Positions 20,585-30,323 of a DNA stretch of 64,000 nt are shown here, piece after piece. Within the stretch, counting starts at the first letter, position 1. Every line of letters starts with the position of its first letter. This DNA is from a virus. A model generated the notes under the pieces. It did no database searches and was not told the origin of the DNA. It saw only the letters and a list, made by a program, of their open reading frames with translations. The stretch lies in IMG/VR virus record IMGVR_UViG_2974521666_000001. One strand, given 5' to 3'. The position numbers and the translations under genes are program-made.

Positions 20585-22539
20585 TGGCATTGGCCGGGCG
20601 TAACTTCTACATTTCCACTGATCTTGAGGAGTGGACCAAAGGCAACCCTGATGTCTTGCCATTGAATGGGAGCCACACCTTTACGGGTTTGCCTAGCGCC
20701 ACAGAGCACTACATTGCGGCTACCAACATTGACGGCGCAGGTCTGGAAAGTGAACTGTCAGATCCAATCTCAGTGGAGACTAACGTGTATGTGCCTGGCA
20801 TGGACCCATTGCCACTTGCAATTCGCAACAATATAGATGCGTTATGCGAAGACTGCCTGTCTAAGGGAATGGGGCCTGGAATAGCCATTGCCGTAGAGTC
20901 TGATTTGGGCTGGTACCGTAAGGCCTACGGCCTGGCCACTTATGGTGGCCGGGCATTGACATTGGATGACCACTTCAGAATCGGTAGTCTTACAAAGACT
21001 TTCACTGCAACAGCAGTACTCAAGTGCATTGAAGATGGCTTACTGTCCCTGGAAGATAAGCTGGCCGATTTCGATACGGATGAGTACGTATTGAGTACAG
21101 TCCCTAATGCAAACAAGATCACAGTGCGGCATATGCTAATGATGCGCTCTGGCATTGCGAGTGAGCAGGCAGACTGGGGCCTTCTGCTCAACCTGCTGTT
21201 GTTCCCCGGCAATGCTGTTAGTGAGGCTACGCGTCTCAACATTATTCGTGGCGGCACTCCAATGTTTGAACCTGGGACACAGTTCTTTTACACCAACGGC
21301 AACTACCTGCTACTCGGGTTGATCGTGAGAGCCATTCGGGGCAGGCCGATTCGTAATGTGGTGCTAGAAGACATCATTCAGCCACTTGGATTGACTGAAA
21401 CAAGTTGGCCTACTACGGCAAGCATGCCATCCCCGTACGCAGCTGGTCACGGTGGCCTCACAGGTGGCCGTACACAGAACACCACTGGCGTTCACCCAAG
21501 CTTTGCCGGTGCTGCCGGGGCCATCGTTTCCAACATCTCTGACATGCTTGAGTGGGCAAAGCATATGCGAGACTATGCAATCCTGAGCGAGCAAACCACT
21601 GAGCTGTGGGAAAGCGTGTTCTGCCCTATTCCTTTGGGTGGATCAGCGCCACCGGAATGTGGATACGGCTTAGGGACATATGACGTTGGTGACTTCAATA
21701 GCCACCCTGGTAGTTGGACTGGCTATGAGTGCTTTTCGATGTACAACCGCTCTACCGGCACTGTCATAGCTGGCTTTGAGAACTCACAGACTACAGAACC
21801 TGATCTTCCTGGTGTGCCTATATTCACTAAGGTTTTCGCCGAAATCGCGTCGATGGTAGACCCTGGCAGCATGGACCCTGTACCGTACGTAGCTTGTACT
21901 GTGCCAACAGACCCGTACGTCGGAGCACCAGCTCCTATCAATCTTGGCTGGGGTGGCATTTCAAACCTGATGTACAGCAATGGCACTGGCACTGGCACAT
22001 TCACTGCCCCTGAGGGAGCTGACGTGTACATGTGCCTTTGTTGGGACCGGACTGGTAGTGTCACTCTGGCAGAGTATGCCGGTGAAAATATGGAGCTGGT
22101 AGCAGGCCCTGTACTGAACAATAATACTGCCGGCTATGGTGGACAAGCTATTTATCGTGCGGCCGGTGCTGGCACTGGAGAAGCAGAAACAGTGCGTTTC
22201 AGTGGTTCTGGTGGCTGGCATACCTGCTTTTGCCTAGCCTTCGAGGGCGTGACTGATGTCGGTACTCCTATGACTAACTACGGGGTTGGCACCACACAGA
22301 CCCAAGATGTGACAGTAGGAGAGAACGAGCAGATTCTCCAGGTGTTTGCCGCAGGCGCGGGCGGTGGCCCAATCTACATCCCTAGTACCATTACTGGGGC
22401 CAAGAACCGCAAGAAGGGTGCTGGCACCTATCCCATGATCTGCATCAGCACAACTCGAAGCACAGGCACGATCACAGCTACCTCCAGCGGCACAAATCGT
22501 TGGAGCTCTATTGCTCTGCCATTGGAGATTGACCTATGA
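20584..22539 (+). CDS. Minor tail protein with a serine beta-lactamase / D-Ala-D-Ala carboxypeptidase-like domain
   Basis: Has the SxxK active-site motif (FRIGSLTKTFTA) inside a beta-lactamase-fold-like region, and a Gly-rich C-terminus. Confidence 0.5.
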   Translation: MALAGRNFYISTDLEEWTKGNPDVLPLNGSHTFTGLPSATEHYIAATNIDGAGLESELSDPISVETNVYVPGMDPLPLAIRNNIDALCEDCLSKGMGPGIAIAVESDLGWYRKAYGLATYGGRALTLDDHFRIGSLTKTFTATAVLKCIEDGLLSLEDKLADFDTDEYVLSTVPNANKITVRHMLMMRSGIASEQADWGLLLNLLLFPGNAVSEATRLNIIRGGTPMFEPGTQFFYTNGNYLLLGLIVRAIRGRPIRNVVLEDIIQPLGLTETSWPTTASMPSPYAAGHGGLTGGRTQNTTGVHPSFAGAAGAIVSNISDMLEWAKHMRDYAILSEQTTELWESVFCPIPLGGSAPPECGYGLGTYDVGDFNSHPGSWTGYECFSMYNRSTGTVIAGFENSQTTEPDLPGVPIFTKVFAEIASMVDPGSMDPVPYVACTVPTDPYVGAPAPINLGWGGISNLMYSNGTGTGTFTAPEGADVYMCLCWDRTGSVTLAEYAGENMELVAGPVLNNNTAGYGGQAIYRAAGAGTGEAETVRFSGSGGWHTCFCLAFEGVTDVGTPMTNYGVGTTQTQDVTVGENEQILQVFAAGAGGGPIYIPSTITGAKNRKKGAGTYPMICISTTRSTGTITATSSGTNRWSSIALPLEIDL

Positions 22540-24317
22540 CCGTTGGTTGGTGGGCCGAAAACTTCTCTGCCGTGGAGGCAGAGCTCAAACCGGCGTCAGC
22601 ATCTCTTTCGGCCGAGCAGCCACACGAGGGAGACCTAGAGTCACAGGTATTGCCAGCCACAGCGGATATGGTCGGCAACCAACCCTTTACTGCCACTATC
22701 GAATCAGAAGCGCAACCTGCTGAAGCCACCTTCGCTGGTGCTTTGCAGCCTGAAGGCAACCTGGAGTCCGCTCTGGGGCGTGCGTACTTTGGTGCAACAG
22801 CTGAAGTTCGGGCTGAGGCAGCAATGGAAGTGCGCCTAATCGTGGCGGGCATGGTGGCACAGGGCGAAGTGCGGCAGCAAGGTAGTGTTGCAGCACAATT
22901 GGCCCCATTGGTGGCTGGCTTTGCCGGAGAACAACCTTACGATGGTGACCTGGAGTCTTCTGCGAAGAAAGCCGTTGCCTCTCTATCGGGTTGGATGGCT
23001 CCAGAGGGTTCGCTTGGTGCACAGACAAAGTTGCACAAGGCCTCATTCAGTGGTGGTGTGGCACAGGAAGGCTCACTTACTCCGCAAGTGCGTGCCACCA
23101 GCTTTGTGTCAACGGCTATCGTAGCCAACGAGGTAACGTTTGCCGCAGCCAGTGCAGGCACCAATGTGGTGACGGCCAACCCTCTTGCGTTCACCATCAC
23201 CCCGTCATCTGCTGGGGAAGACGTTGTTGTCTGGTTTGCCTGTGACCGTAGTGCCACTATCGGTGCGGTAACCATTGGCGGTAACCCATTGCGACGCATG
23301 TCAATTCAGCGGCTCACCAGCACACAGAGCAGCAATGCGTTCCTATGCTGCTACGTTGGCAAGTCTACATCCAATGGTTCACACAGTATCTCGGTGGCCC
23401 TCAGCGGCTCTCGTTGGGCAGTGGCAACTGCTGTGTCTTACAAGGACGCACAGGCCCTGCACCCCATAATGTCTACCTCTGGGCGTGTGAGCGCTACTGT
23501 AGCACAGTCAGTTACGTGCCCACCCAGCGGCATGGTCAGCTGGGGCCTGTGCATCGGCGGCGGCTCCACCTTCAGCAGCGTCAATAGCGGTAGCACAGAG
23601 CGCTTCTGGAAAACAGGATCCAGTTTCGCAATGATGGTGCGAGATGCCAACGCGAACACCACTTTTGGTGGCATACTTCCAAGCACCACGTACTGGGCTG
23701 CACAAGCTCTGCGCCTGAGCCCCATAGCAATACAAGGGCCAAGGTACAACAATTACGGGGAGATGACGTCCCCGTCACTTGGAAACTCTAGCGCCAGCTT
23801 TACGGTGTTGGCTGATGCTGGTGATGACATCATCGTTGGTTTCTGCGTGGACCGTGGTACGGACCAAAGCATCACAGTCACATGTGCTGGCAACAACATG
23901 ACACTGCTTGGCACTCAGCTGTGGACTGGTGCCGGGGCCAACGCGCGAGTGCAGCTATACCGCTATGCGAACGTGCCGTCGGCCAACCCCACAATCCAAG
24001 TGACACTAGCAAGTAACTCTGGTTGGTATATCGCCGGTGGCATCTCTGTTAAGGGAATGACCTCTGCCGGTACAACTTCCGGCACAAACGGAAACTCTAC
24101 TAACGCAGCACAATCGGTGACATGTGGGGCAAATCAACTGATCGTGCAATGCTTTGCCTTTAATGGAACATTCGGGCAAGTCGATGGTGGTGCTACACTA
24201 GTGGATACGTCTAGCGGCAACCTAGTGACACTGGCCCTCAGCATTTCTGACGTATCAACAACGTTCACACACTATGTGAACAACAACTGGGGCAGCATCG
24301 CAGTGGTGCTGAGTTAG
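22536..24317 (+). CDS. Minor tail protein with N-terminal EG(D/N/S)LES-type repeats
   Basis: 593 aa; five repeats (PHEGDLESQ, QPEGNLESA, YDGDLESS, APEGSLGAQ, AQEGSLTPQ) at ~18-64-residue spacing, followed by a Thr/Ser/Gly-rich beta region. Confidence 0.45.
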   Translation: MTVGWWAENFSAVEAELKPASASLSAEQPHEGDLESQVLPATADMVGNQPFTATIESEAQPAEATFAGALQPEGNLESALGRAYFGATAEVRAEAAMEVRLIVAGMVAQGEVRQQGSVAAQLAPLVAGFAGEQPYDGDLESSAKKAVASLSGWMAPEGSLGAQTKLHKASFSGGVAQEGSLTPQVRATSFVSTAIVANEVTFAAASAGTNVVTANPLAFTITPSSAGEDVVVWFACDRSATIGAVTIGGNPLRRMSIQRLTSTQSSNAFLCCYVGKSTSNGSHSISVALSGSRWAVATAVSYKDAQALHPIMSTSGRVSATVAQSVTCPPSGMVSWGLCIGGGSTFSSVNSGSTERFWKTGSSFAMMVRDANANTTFGGILPSTTYWAAQALRLSPIAIQGPRYNNYGEMTSPSLGNSSASFTVLADAGDDIIVGFCVDRGTDQSITVTCAGNNMTLLGTQLWTGAGANARVQLYRYANVPSANPTIQVTLASNSGWYIAGGISVKGMTSAGTTSGTNGNSTNAAQSVTCGANQLIVQCFAFNGTFGQVDGGATLVDTSSGNLVTLALSISDVSTTFTHYVNNNWGSIAVVLS

Positions 24318-24329
24318 AAAGGAACACTA

Positions 24330-24614
24330 ATGGATAGCCAATTGGAGGCAATCCGGGATGCTGCATCTCCCGGGCCAGGCCGCAATCTGGAGCAGGCAAG
24401 AGACCTTGCCGATGCTTTCGTTGCGGCTCACCCTGAGCTGTATCCCGGTTGGGAGGACAAGACGGTCCACGAGGCCGTCAATGCCGTAGAGATCCTACGG
24501 GCTGCTGGCCTGGAGGAAGAGGCATGGCGCGCAGAGGCGTGGATCCTTCACCGCTGGGAACCTCAGAACATCGGTGGCCCGGCACAGGCAACGATTCGGG
24601 TGGTGGCTGAGTAG
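24330..24614 (+). CDS. Hypothetical protein (94 aa)
   Basis: ATG after AGAAAGGAAC. Confidence 0.35.
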   Translation: MDSQLEAIRDAASPGPGRNLEQARDLADAFVAAHPELYPGWEDKTVHEAVNAVEILRAAGLEEEAWRAEAWILHRWEPQNIGGPAQATIRVVAE

Positions 24615-24615
24615 C

Positions 24616-25044
24616 ATGGCAAAACAGTTCTTTCTCACCCAGGCCGTGGTGGCCGGAATGCTCAACTCTACGGGTTTGGCTGAGGCCCTAGGCGCTTCAC
24701 CCAAAATCCGGCTGTACAGCGGCACGGTGCCGAGCAATGCGGATGCAGCACTGTCCAGTAACACTCAGCTGGCTGAACTGACATGTGCTTCATCGCCTTT
24801 CGCCAGCTACTCCGACACTGGCAGCGCAGCGCGGGCTGTATTCGGTACTATCACAGCGGATTCCTCGGCTGATGCCACAGGTACGGCAACGTTCTTCCGT
24901 ATCCTGAACTCAGCCGGCGACACGGTGAAAGCTCAAGGGACAGTAGGCACTACTGATGCTGACCTGATCCTCAACACCACGAGTATCACGCTCGGCTCTA
25001 CTGTCGCTATCACTTCCGCATACATCGAGCTGCCAGAGGGCTAA
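24616..25044 (+). CDS. Hypothetical protein, possibly a minor tail protein (142 aa, Thr/Ser/Ala-rich)
   Basis: ATG 1 nt after the upstream stop; composition resembles fibre-like proteins. Confidence 0.3.
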   Translation: MAKQFFLTQAVVAGMLNSTGLAEALGASPKIRLYSGTVPSNADAALSSNTQLAELTCASSPFASYSDTGSAARAVFGTITADSSADATGTATFFRILNSAGDTVKAQGTVGTTDADLILNTTSITLGSTVAITSAYIELPEG

Positions 25045-25046
25045 AC

Positions 25047-26516
25047 ATGATCACGGAAAACGGTTGGCCCGATTGTGGGCCAAATGACTTAGATCGCAAG
25101 CCGATTCCCGGCACGGACGTAGTCATTCCACTTCAAAAGGGCCAACCGTCCTTGATCCTGAAAGCCTTTGCGGCTGATCTCAACTGGTATGTCGAGAGCG
25201 TCTACAACAGCCGTGGCGGCACGGACGAGGGCGGATGGACCGGTACAAACAAAGTGCCAACCAGTAACCACCTGGGAGGCACTGCCTTTGATTATAACTG
25301 GAGTGACCACCCACTCGGTTATGCAGCACCAGATCCAAGAGCCGGCTGGAATGGTTCATCTATAATCAAGGGTGACCAAACCCCATATGTCCGAGAGCTT
25401 TTGGACTACTACGAGGGTATGGTCTACTGGGGCAACGATTGGCGTAGTCCAAAAGATTCCATGCATTTCCAGATGGGATACAACACGTATGGGCCTGCTG
25501 GCTCTACTACGTGGAAGCGTGTGGAAGACTTCATTGCTCGCAAGATTGACATCACGACAGGTTTCAGTCGGTTCAAGGAGCATAAGGGCACTACTGGGGT
25601 CAACTTCACGGCTTTATTGTCTGAGGCCATGCTTGACGTGAGTGGTGTTGACTACGAGTACTACGTACCGTTGGTTGCCCGCACGCTGCGTGACTGCGAG
25701 TGCACCACTGAAGCGCGAATCGCTATGTGGTGCACACAGGTTGGGCATGAGTCACTGAGCCTGAAGTACATGGAAGAGATTGCCGACGGCAGCAAGTACG
25801 AAGGCCGTACTGACCTGGGTAATACACAGCCCGGTGATGGAAAGCGCTTCAAAGGCCGTGGCCCCATACAAGTTACAGGCCGGTACAACTACACCAAGTT
25901 CTCTGAGTGGGCACACTCCAAAGGCATAGTGTCTACTCCAGATTACTTTGTGATGAACCCTAGTGAACTGTCCAAGCCGGAGTACGGTTTTCATGCCGTG
26001 ACCTGGTACTGGACTGTTCAGAGGCCGATGAACCAAGCAGCAGACGCCAGAAACCTAGAGCAAGCTACAAAGTACGTCAATGGCGGGCTGAATGGCTTGC
26101 CAGACCGTAAAATGAGGTACGATCGCACCACAGCTATGGGTCCGCGACTCCTCAATTTACTACTTGGAGAGGAAGATTGGATGAGCGATCCAACAATCGT
26201 CAAGATGATTAAGGAAATCCACGGCTGCCTGTTCAATCAGATTGGCTCTCAGAGCCGTTACCGCGCTGACGGTGAAGGCGACATCTGGAAGTTGCACGAG
26301 CTGATCAAGAACGACGACGGCATGGTACACGAGGCCCACATCGAACGCCTTGCAGTACTAGGTGATCCGAGCAGCATTGCGCTGGTGGCCCGTAACAGCG
26401 AGCGCGGTGACAAGCTCGCTCAGGCAGTGCTGATTCGCATTGAGGACAAGTACCTCACCGAAACTCAACAGCACCTCAAGAACACCATTGTCGTACAACG
26501 GTTCCCGGAAGGATAG
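25047..26516 (+). CDS. lysA: Endolysin LysA (M15-type peptidase N-terminal domain plus glycoside hydrolase family 19 domain)
   Basis: SNHLGGTAFD ... DSMHFQ (VanY/M15-like zinc-peptidase motifs) and KRFKGRGPIQVTGRYNY (GH19 signature). Confidence 0.85.
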   Translation: MITENGWPDCGPNDLDRKPIPGTDVVIPLQKGQPSLILKAFAADLNWYVESVYNSRGGTDEGGWTGTNKVPTSNHLGGTAFDYNWSDHPLGYAAPDPRAGWNGSSIIKGDQTPYVRELLDYYEGMVYWGNDWRSPKDSMHFQMGYNTYGPAGSTTWKRVEDFIARKIDITTGFSRFKEHKGTTGVNFTALLSEAMLDVSGVDYEYYVPLVARTLRDCECTTEARIAMWCTQVGHESLSLKYMEEIADGSKYEGRTDLGNTQPGDGKRFKGRGPIQVTGRYNYTKFSEWAHSKGIVSTPDYFVMNPSELSKPEYGFHAVTWYWTVQRPMNQAADARNLEQATKYVNGGLNGLPDRKMRYDRTTAMGPRLLNLLLGEEDWMSDPTIVKMIKEIHGCLFNQIGSQSRYRADGEGDIWKLHELIKNDDGMVHEAHIERLAVLGDPSSIALVARNSERGDKLAQAVLIRIEDKYLTETQQHLKNTIVVQRFPEG

Positions 26517-26520
26517 TCCC

Positions 26521-26886
26521 ATGGCAGAGCCACTACCACCGGACATGACCGGTGACTCGCCCGCGCCAGTCAAGATTCGCATTGAGCCACTACCGAATCA
26601 GGTTGTGGTTCAAGACCAAACCGGTACTGAGCCAGAAGTTTTGCCGGCTGAGGTCAAGGTGCTGGCTGAGAAGCCAGGGGCCGTGAACTGGCTGGACAAG
26701 GCAAAGGCGTACTACCACACCATCATCACACTCATTGGTGCTCTGGTTGTGATGCTCAACGAGCTTACGCCTCTGTCGAACTTCATGGACGACACCACCC
26801 AACGAATCTTTAGCATTGCAGTGGTTTTCTTCACTGCAGCGCTGAACTTCCTCAAGTCCAATGAGGTTTGGGTCAATAAGCTGTGA
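26521..26886 (+). CDS. Holin-like small membrane protein
   Basis: 121 aa with two C-terminal hydrophobic helices, immediately after lysA. Confidence 0.4.
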   Translation: MAEPLPPDMTGDSPAPVKIRIEPLPNQVVVQDQTGTEPEVLPAEVKVLAEKPGAVNWLDKAKAYYHTIITLIGALVVMLNELTPLSNFMDDTTQRIFSIAVVFFTAALNFLKSNEVWVNKL

Positions 26887-27401
26887 CTGCTCCAGAGCCG
26901 AAAGACCTAGCGGCTCAGATCAAAAAGCTTCACGGTGATGTGACATTTGAGCTGCAGCTACGCGAACGCCCTGACAGGCACCCATACCAAACGGGTTGTC
27001 TGTCAGGGCTTCTCGTGGTATCGATCGCCCAGATGATCTTAGGGCTGCCTCCAGAATCAGCACTGTATAAGACAGTAGGGTATGCAACGGTAGTTACTCT
27101 CAACATACCGTTCGTGGTTGGTAGTGCCATGGCATTGGCCGGTGCTGCACTCAACCGTGAGCGGTGGTTTGAACTCAGCCTGAGGCTTGGCATCTTTGGC
27201 CACCTCTCGCTTTTCGTTGCGGCCCTATGTTATACGCTCTTTGTGATGGTTGCCACGCATGGCCCTGGTGACAAGCCCTATTGGATAGCAGTAACTTCCG
27301 TGGGGTTGAGTGTCGGCATCGCCTACGCCTCAGTACAACGTTTCCGTCAAATGCGAAAGCTGTTGGCAGAGTACCGGCGCAGGGAGCGGGAACGGAATTG
27401 A
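26883..27401 (+). CDS. Membrane protein with four predicted transmembrane helices (holin-like, lysis cassette)
   Basis: Four hydrophobic segments and a basic C-terminus (RRRERERN); GTG overlaps the upstream stop. Confidence 0.4.
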   Translation: MTAPEPKDLAAQIKKLHGDVTFELQLRERPDRHPYQTGCLSGLLVVSIAQMILGLPPESALYKTVGYATVVTLNIPFVVGSAMALAGAALNRERWFELSLRLGIFGHLSLFVAALCYTLFVMVATHGPGDKPYWIAVTSVGLSVGIAYASVQRFRQMRKLLAEYRRRERERN

Positions 27402-27403
27402 AG

Positions 27404-27802
27404 GTGTTAGAGTCCCTCATCACCCAAGCTGCGCTAGTCACGGTGGCTGCCATTTCTGCTGTAGGAGGCATCTACTCTACCTATGCCAATCGCAAGCAGA
27501 ACAGCGCCACCGCGGACAAGACGAAGAAAGAGGGTGAGCAGGTAGGTGATCAGACATGGATCAGACGCCTAGAAGCTCTAAGTCAAGACTTCGAGAAGCT
27601 GCAAAAGCTGTCCGATGAGCGCTTTGAACGCCTCGTTGAAATCGAGATGCTTATAACTGAACATGTTTCGTGGGACTTCCGCATCATGCGGTTGCTCCGG
27701 GAGCACGGTATTGAGGCCGAGACTCCACCGTCGCTGGTGTACGTGCGCCACAAACTTAAAGAGGCACAGGAGCAAGAGAAGAGCCTGGGGGAAACAGGAT
27801 GA
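27404..27802 (+). CDS. Membrane-anchored coiled-coil protein (lysis cassette; spanin- or LysA-release-type)
   Basis: N-terminal transmembrane helix (AALVTVAAISAVGGIY) and C-terminal coiled coil; stop overlaps the lysB start. The start (GTG 27404 or TTG 27398) is uncertain. Confidence 0.3.
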   Translation: MLESLITQAALVTVAAISAVGGIYSTYANRKQNSATADKTKKEGEQVGDQTWIRRLEALSQDFEKLQKLSDERFERLVEIEMLITEHVSWDFRIMRLLREHGIEAETPPSLVYVRHKLKEAQEQEKSLGETG

Positions 27803-28848
27803 GAGTCAACGGCGTTTGGGTTGGTTGGGGTGTAGGGGACCACTCCGTAATTGATGATACGGTTCGCCGTGCCAAGGCGTACATGCGCGCAATGTACCGT
27901 AGCTACGCAGGGCATTTGGCTGATACAAACGAGTTTGACCGCGAGATGGAAGCTGCTGTTATCGAAATGCAGCAGCGTCTGGTCTTGCAGGGCCGGCTAG
28001 AGTTGGGTACCTACATAACTGGTGTGCTTGACTTGCCGACTCAAATTGCCATGGGGTTCAAGAAGGCACCAAACCCCGTGCGCCCCATCATCATTACTGT
28101 AGAGGGACACCTGAGCAGCATGTACGTTGGCCCTTGCGCGTACGTTGCCTCTAAGCTGGAAAGCGAAGGTGTATGTTGGTGGCAACCTATTGGTTACGAC
28201 AACACGAGCTTGCCGTTCCGTAACCAAACTGGTATCAGCGCAGTTCTAAACGTGCTGAGGCAGACGGTTCTGTTGGACGGCAACGGGCAGCCGACCAGAC
28301 CGTTTCCACTTGGAACACCATGGGGCATCGAGGGATTCAGCCAAGGGGCCATCATTGTCAACCGTATCCTTATGCTACTCAGGGATACCACAGACCCAAT
28401 GCTGCAGCAAAGGTACGCCGACCTCACACGGGGCCTCACTTTCGGTGACCCATACCGCGAGAAAGATGTAGTGGCAGAGTGGGTTACTGATCCACCCAAG
28501 CCGGGAACACAAGGCATCAGTGATGTGCGCCTAACGAATACGCCGAGCTGGTGGAAAGTAGTCAGCCGCCGTGGTGACCTGTATTCCGAGAATCCTGACA
28601 ACGAGGTCGGCCTAAACCGTAGTGCTATCTACAAGATTGCGGCCGAAAACAGCTGGGCCGGTGGGCCGGCTGGTTTGCTGCAGAGAATCGGTGACTTCCT
28701 AATGGATCCATTGGATGGCACCATCGATATCGGCCTTGCTATCATCGGCGGCGTGATGTTCATGGGCAACATGGAACCCCATGGGGGATATGACCTTAAC
28801 CCGTGTGTGGAGTACATGCGGGGTGTGGGAACAAGGAGAGTAGCATGA
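27799..28848 (+). CDS. lysB: LysB mycolylarabinogalactan esterase (cutinase-like serine esterase with an N-terminal peptidoglycan-binding-like domain)
   Basis: G-x-S-x-G motif (EGFSQGA) in an alpha/beta-hydrolase-like region, with the N-terminal helical domain common in LysB proteins. Confidence 0.7.
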   Translation: MRVNGVWVGWGVGDHSVIDDTVRRAKAYMRAMYRSYAGHLADTNEFDREMEAAVIEMQQRLVLQGRLELGTYITGVLDLPTQIAMGFKKAPNPVRPIIITVEGHLSSMYVGPCAYVASKLESEGVCWWQPIGYDNTSLPFRNQTGISAVLNVLRQTVLLDGNGQPTRPFPLGTPWGIEGFSQGAIIVNRILMLLRDTTDPMLQQRYADLTRGLTFGDPYREKDVVAEWVTDPPKPGTQGISDVRLTNTPSWWKVVSRRGDLYSENPDNEVGLNRSAIYKIAAENSWAGGPAGLLQRIGDFLMDPLDGTIDIGLAIIGGVMFMGNMEPHGGYDLNPCVEYMRGVGTRRVA

Positions 28849-29090
28849 GTGGTAGCAAGGCACGTGTGTACGGACGGCCTGGTTGTGTGCAGTGTGAACA
28901 TACCAAGAAGGTAATGGACAAAGAGGGTATCCCCTACGAGTACATCGACATTGACACCAACGAGGTTGCGCACCAAGAGGTCAAGGCCCTGGCGACAGGT
29001 ACAGCGCTTCCATTGGTGGTGGCCAAGGGCAAACAGTGGCAGGGCTTTTCTCCGGACAAGATCAAGGGCTTGAAACGTGAGCAATCCTGA
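28845..29090 (+). CDS. NrdH-like glutaredoxin
   Basis: VYGRPGCVQCEHTKK carries a CxxC redox motif in the thioredoxin-fold pattern; the start overlaps the lysB stop (ATGA) after AAGGAGAG. Confidence 0.6.
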   Translation: MSGSKARVYGRPGCVQCEHTKKVMDKEGIPYEYIDIDTNEVAHQEVKALATGTALPLVVAKGKQWQGFSPDKIKGLKREQS

Positions 29091-29442
29091 TGACATTGCG
29101 TACACGGTGGTACTGGAGACACTAGTGGCCTCGCTGGCCCTCAAGCTCGGCGCGGACCCAAACGAGCTGGTACCGAACGTGTTACGCGAAGTTGCAGAAG
29201 CTGAGGGCATGGAAAGCCTAGAGACAGATAGGCTTATCGAACAACGCTGGACTGGCCGGCAAATGCCGCTAGCGGCCCAAAGTGCCCTGTTGCCCCAGGT
29301 GAACGCTGCGGCTACCTGGGCAAACCGTGGGAAACGGGGCCTCAGAAGCCCTGAGACGGCCGAAAAGCCTGACCTTAGGGCCAGACTAGCCGACTACAAA
29401 CAACGCCTGTCTGAGGCTGTCTCTGAGGGCGGCCCTATTTAA
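29077..29442 (+). CDS. Hypothetical protein (121 aa)
   Basis: GTG start overlaps the preceding gene; last gene before the large non-coding region. Confidence 0.4.
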   Translation: MSNPDDIAYTVVLETLVASLALKLGADPNELVPNVLREVAEAEGMESLETDRLIEQRWTGRQMPLAAQSALLPQVNAAATWANRGKRGLRSPETAEKPDLRARLADYKQRLSEAVSEGGPI

Positions 29443-29474
29443 AGCCCGTAAGCTGTAGTGTCCCTAGGGCACTG

Positions 29475-29535
29475 AGAGGCCCGTAGCTGCATAGCAGTAC
29501 GCTTGTACTGAGTGTCCGCCAGCTGCGGGCCTCTC
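29475..29535 (+). terminator. Long branched stem-loop (16-bp stem) at the end of the structural-lysis operon; putative terminator
   Basis: GAGAGGCCCGTAGCTG ... CAGCTGCGGGCCTCTC form an inverted repeat enclosing an inner CAGTAC/GTACTG hairpin. No clear U-tract follows. Confidence 0.4.
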
Positions 29536-29601
29536 GCATTTCCTATGGTCAGGTTGCCGGCTGATGCCCTGACCAGCTCATATGTCCAGTGATACAGATA
29601 T

Positions 29602-29623
29602 CGGTTTGGTCACGGTTTGGTCA
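29602..29623 (+). repeat. Perfect tandem duplication of an 11-bp unit (CGGTTTGGTCA x2)
   Basis: Seen directly in the non-coding region. Confidence 0.6.
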
Positions 29624-30208
29624 AGATTCGGAAAAGATTCCCTGGTGGCGTTGCCGAAAAGTAGCAAGTCAGGCCCGTTTCTGGTACTCTTTTGCCTGGG
29701 GCGGCCCATGCCACCCCACCACAACCCAGCCGCCCGCACGGGCGGACGCGAGCACACCCTTGGCGAAACGACTACCAGCTCTTCGCCCGACGCGTGAAAA
29801 AGGCTCCACCCCACTGGGACATAAACGTAAGACCTAGAGGGTCTACACCATTCGTGTAAACGGTGGAGCTGTGACATGGAGCAGCGCTGTGGATCCTGGG
29901 ACGGGCTGTTTAGTGCAACATTAGGCCGAAGGCGCTCTTGCCCAAGAGTACCTAGGGAATTCAACCAGCGATAACGGATCGTCGTGAGACAGTACCGGAG
30001 TCACCCTACGGGGTGCCCGCTGAAGCCGGACACGGTGTGACCTGACTGAACCTAGGGAGTGTAGGGAATTGAGCCCGATGAGGCTGAAATACGTTGTGAC
30101 GGTACACCTTCATGCAGCAAGAGCAGGCACCACCCAAGCCCCTCACGCGGGGCCGGAGCACCTGCCGCTACAGGTCAATGTGTTACAACGTTTTCCATCC
30201 ATCCTCGG

Positions 30209-30280
30209 CACAGCGAGTTCAAACTCGTTGTGCCATTAGGGCACTCAAGCAAACTCAATCAGTTTGAGTGCTCCAATGGC
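30209..30280 (+). promoter_or_regulatory. Two adjacent large imperfect palindromes just upstream of the first gene of the small-gene array (operator- or terminator-like)
   Basis: CACAGCGAGTT-CAA-AACTCGTTGTG (30209-30232), then GCCATTAGGGCACTCAAGCAAACT / AGTTTGAGTGCTCCAATGGC (30232-30280). Confidence 0.4.
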
Positions 30281-30323
30281 ACAATGAGTCCGGTTGAGCC
30301 ACAAAAGTTTACGGACAAAGAGG

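Noticed and set aside
29578-29964. 128-aa minus-strand ORF inside the 850-bp non-coding region (possible repressor?)
   Set aside because: Low-complexity Pro/Arg/Gly-rich translation, no SD, no HTH motif; it reads through hairpins and repeats. More likely non-coding.
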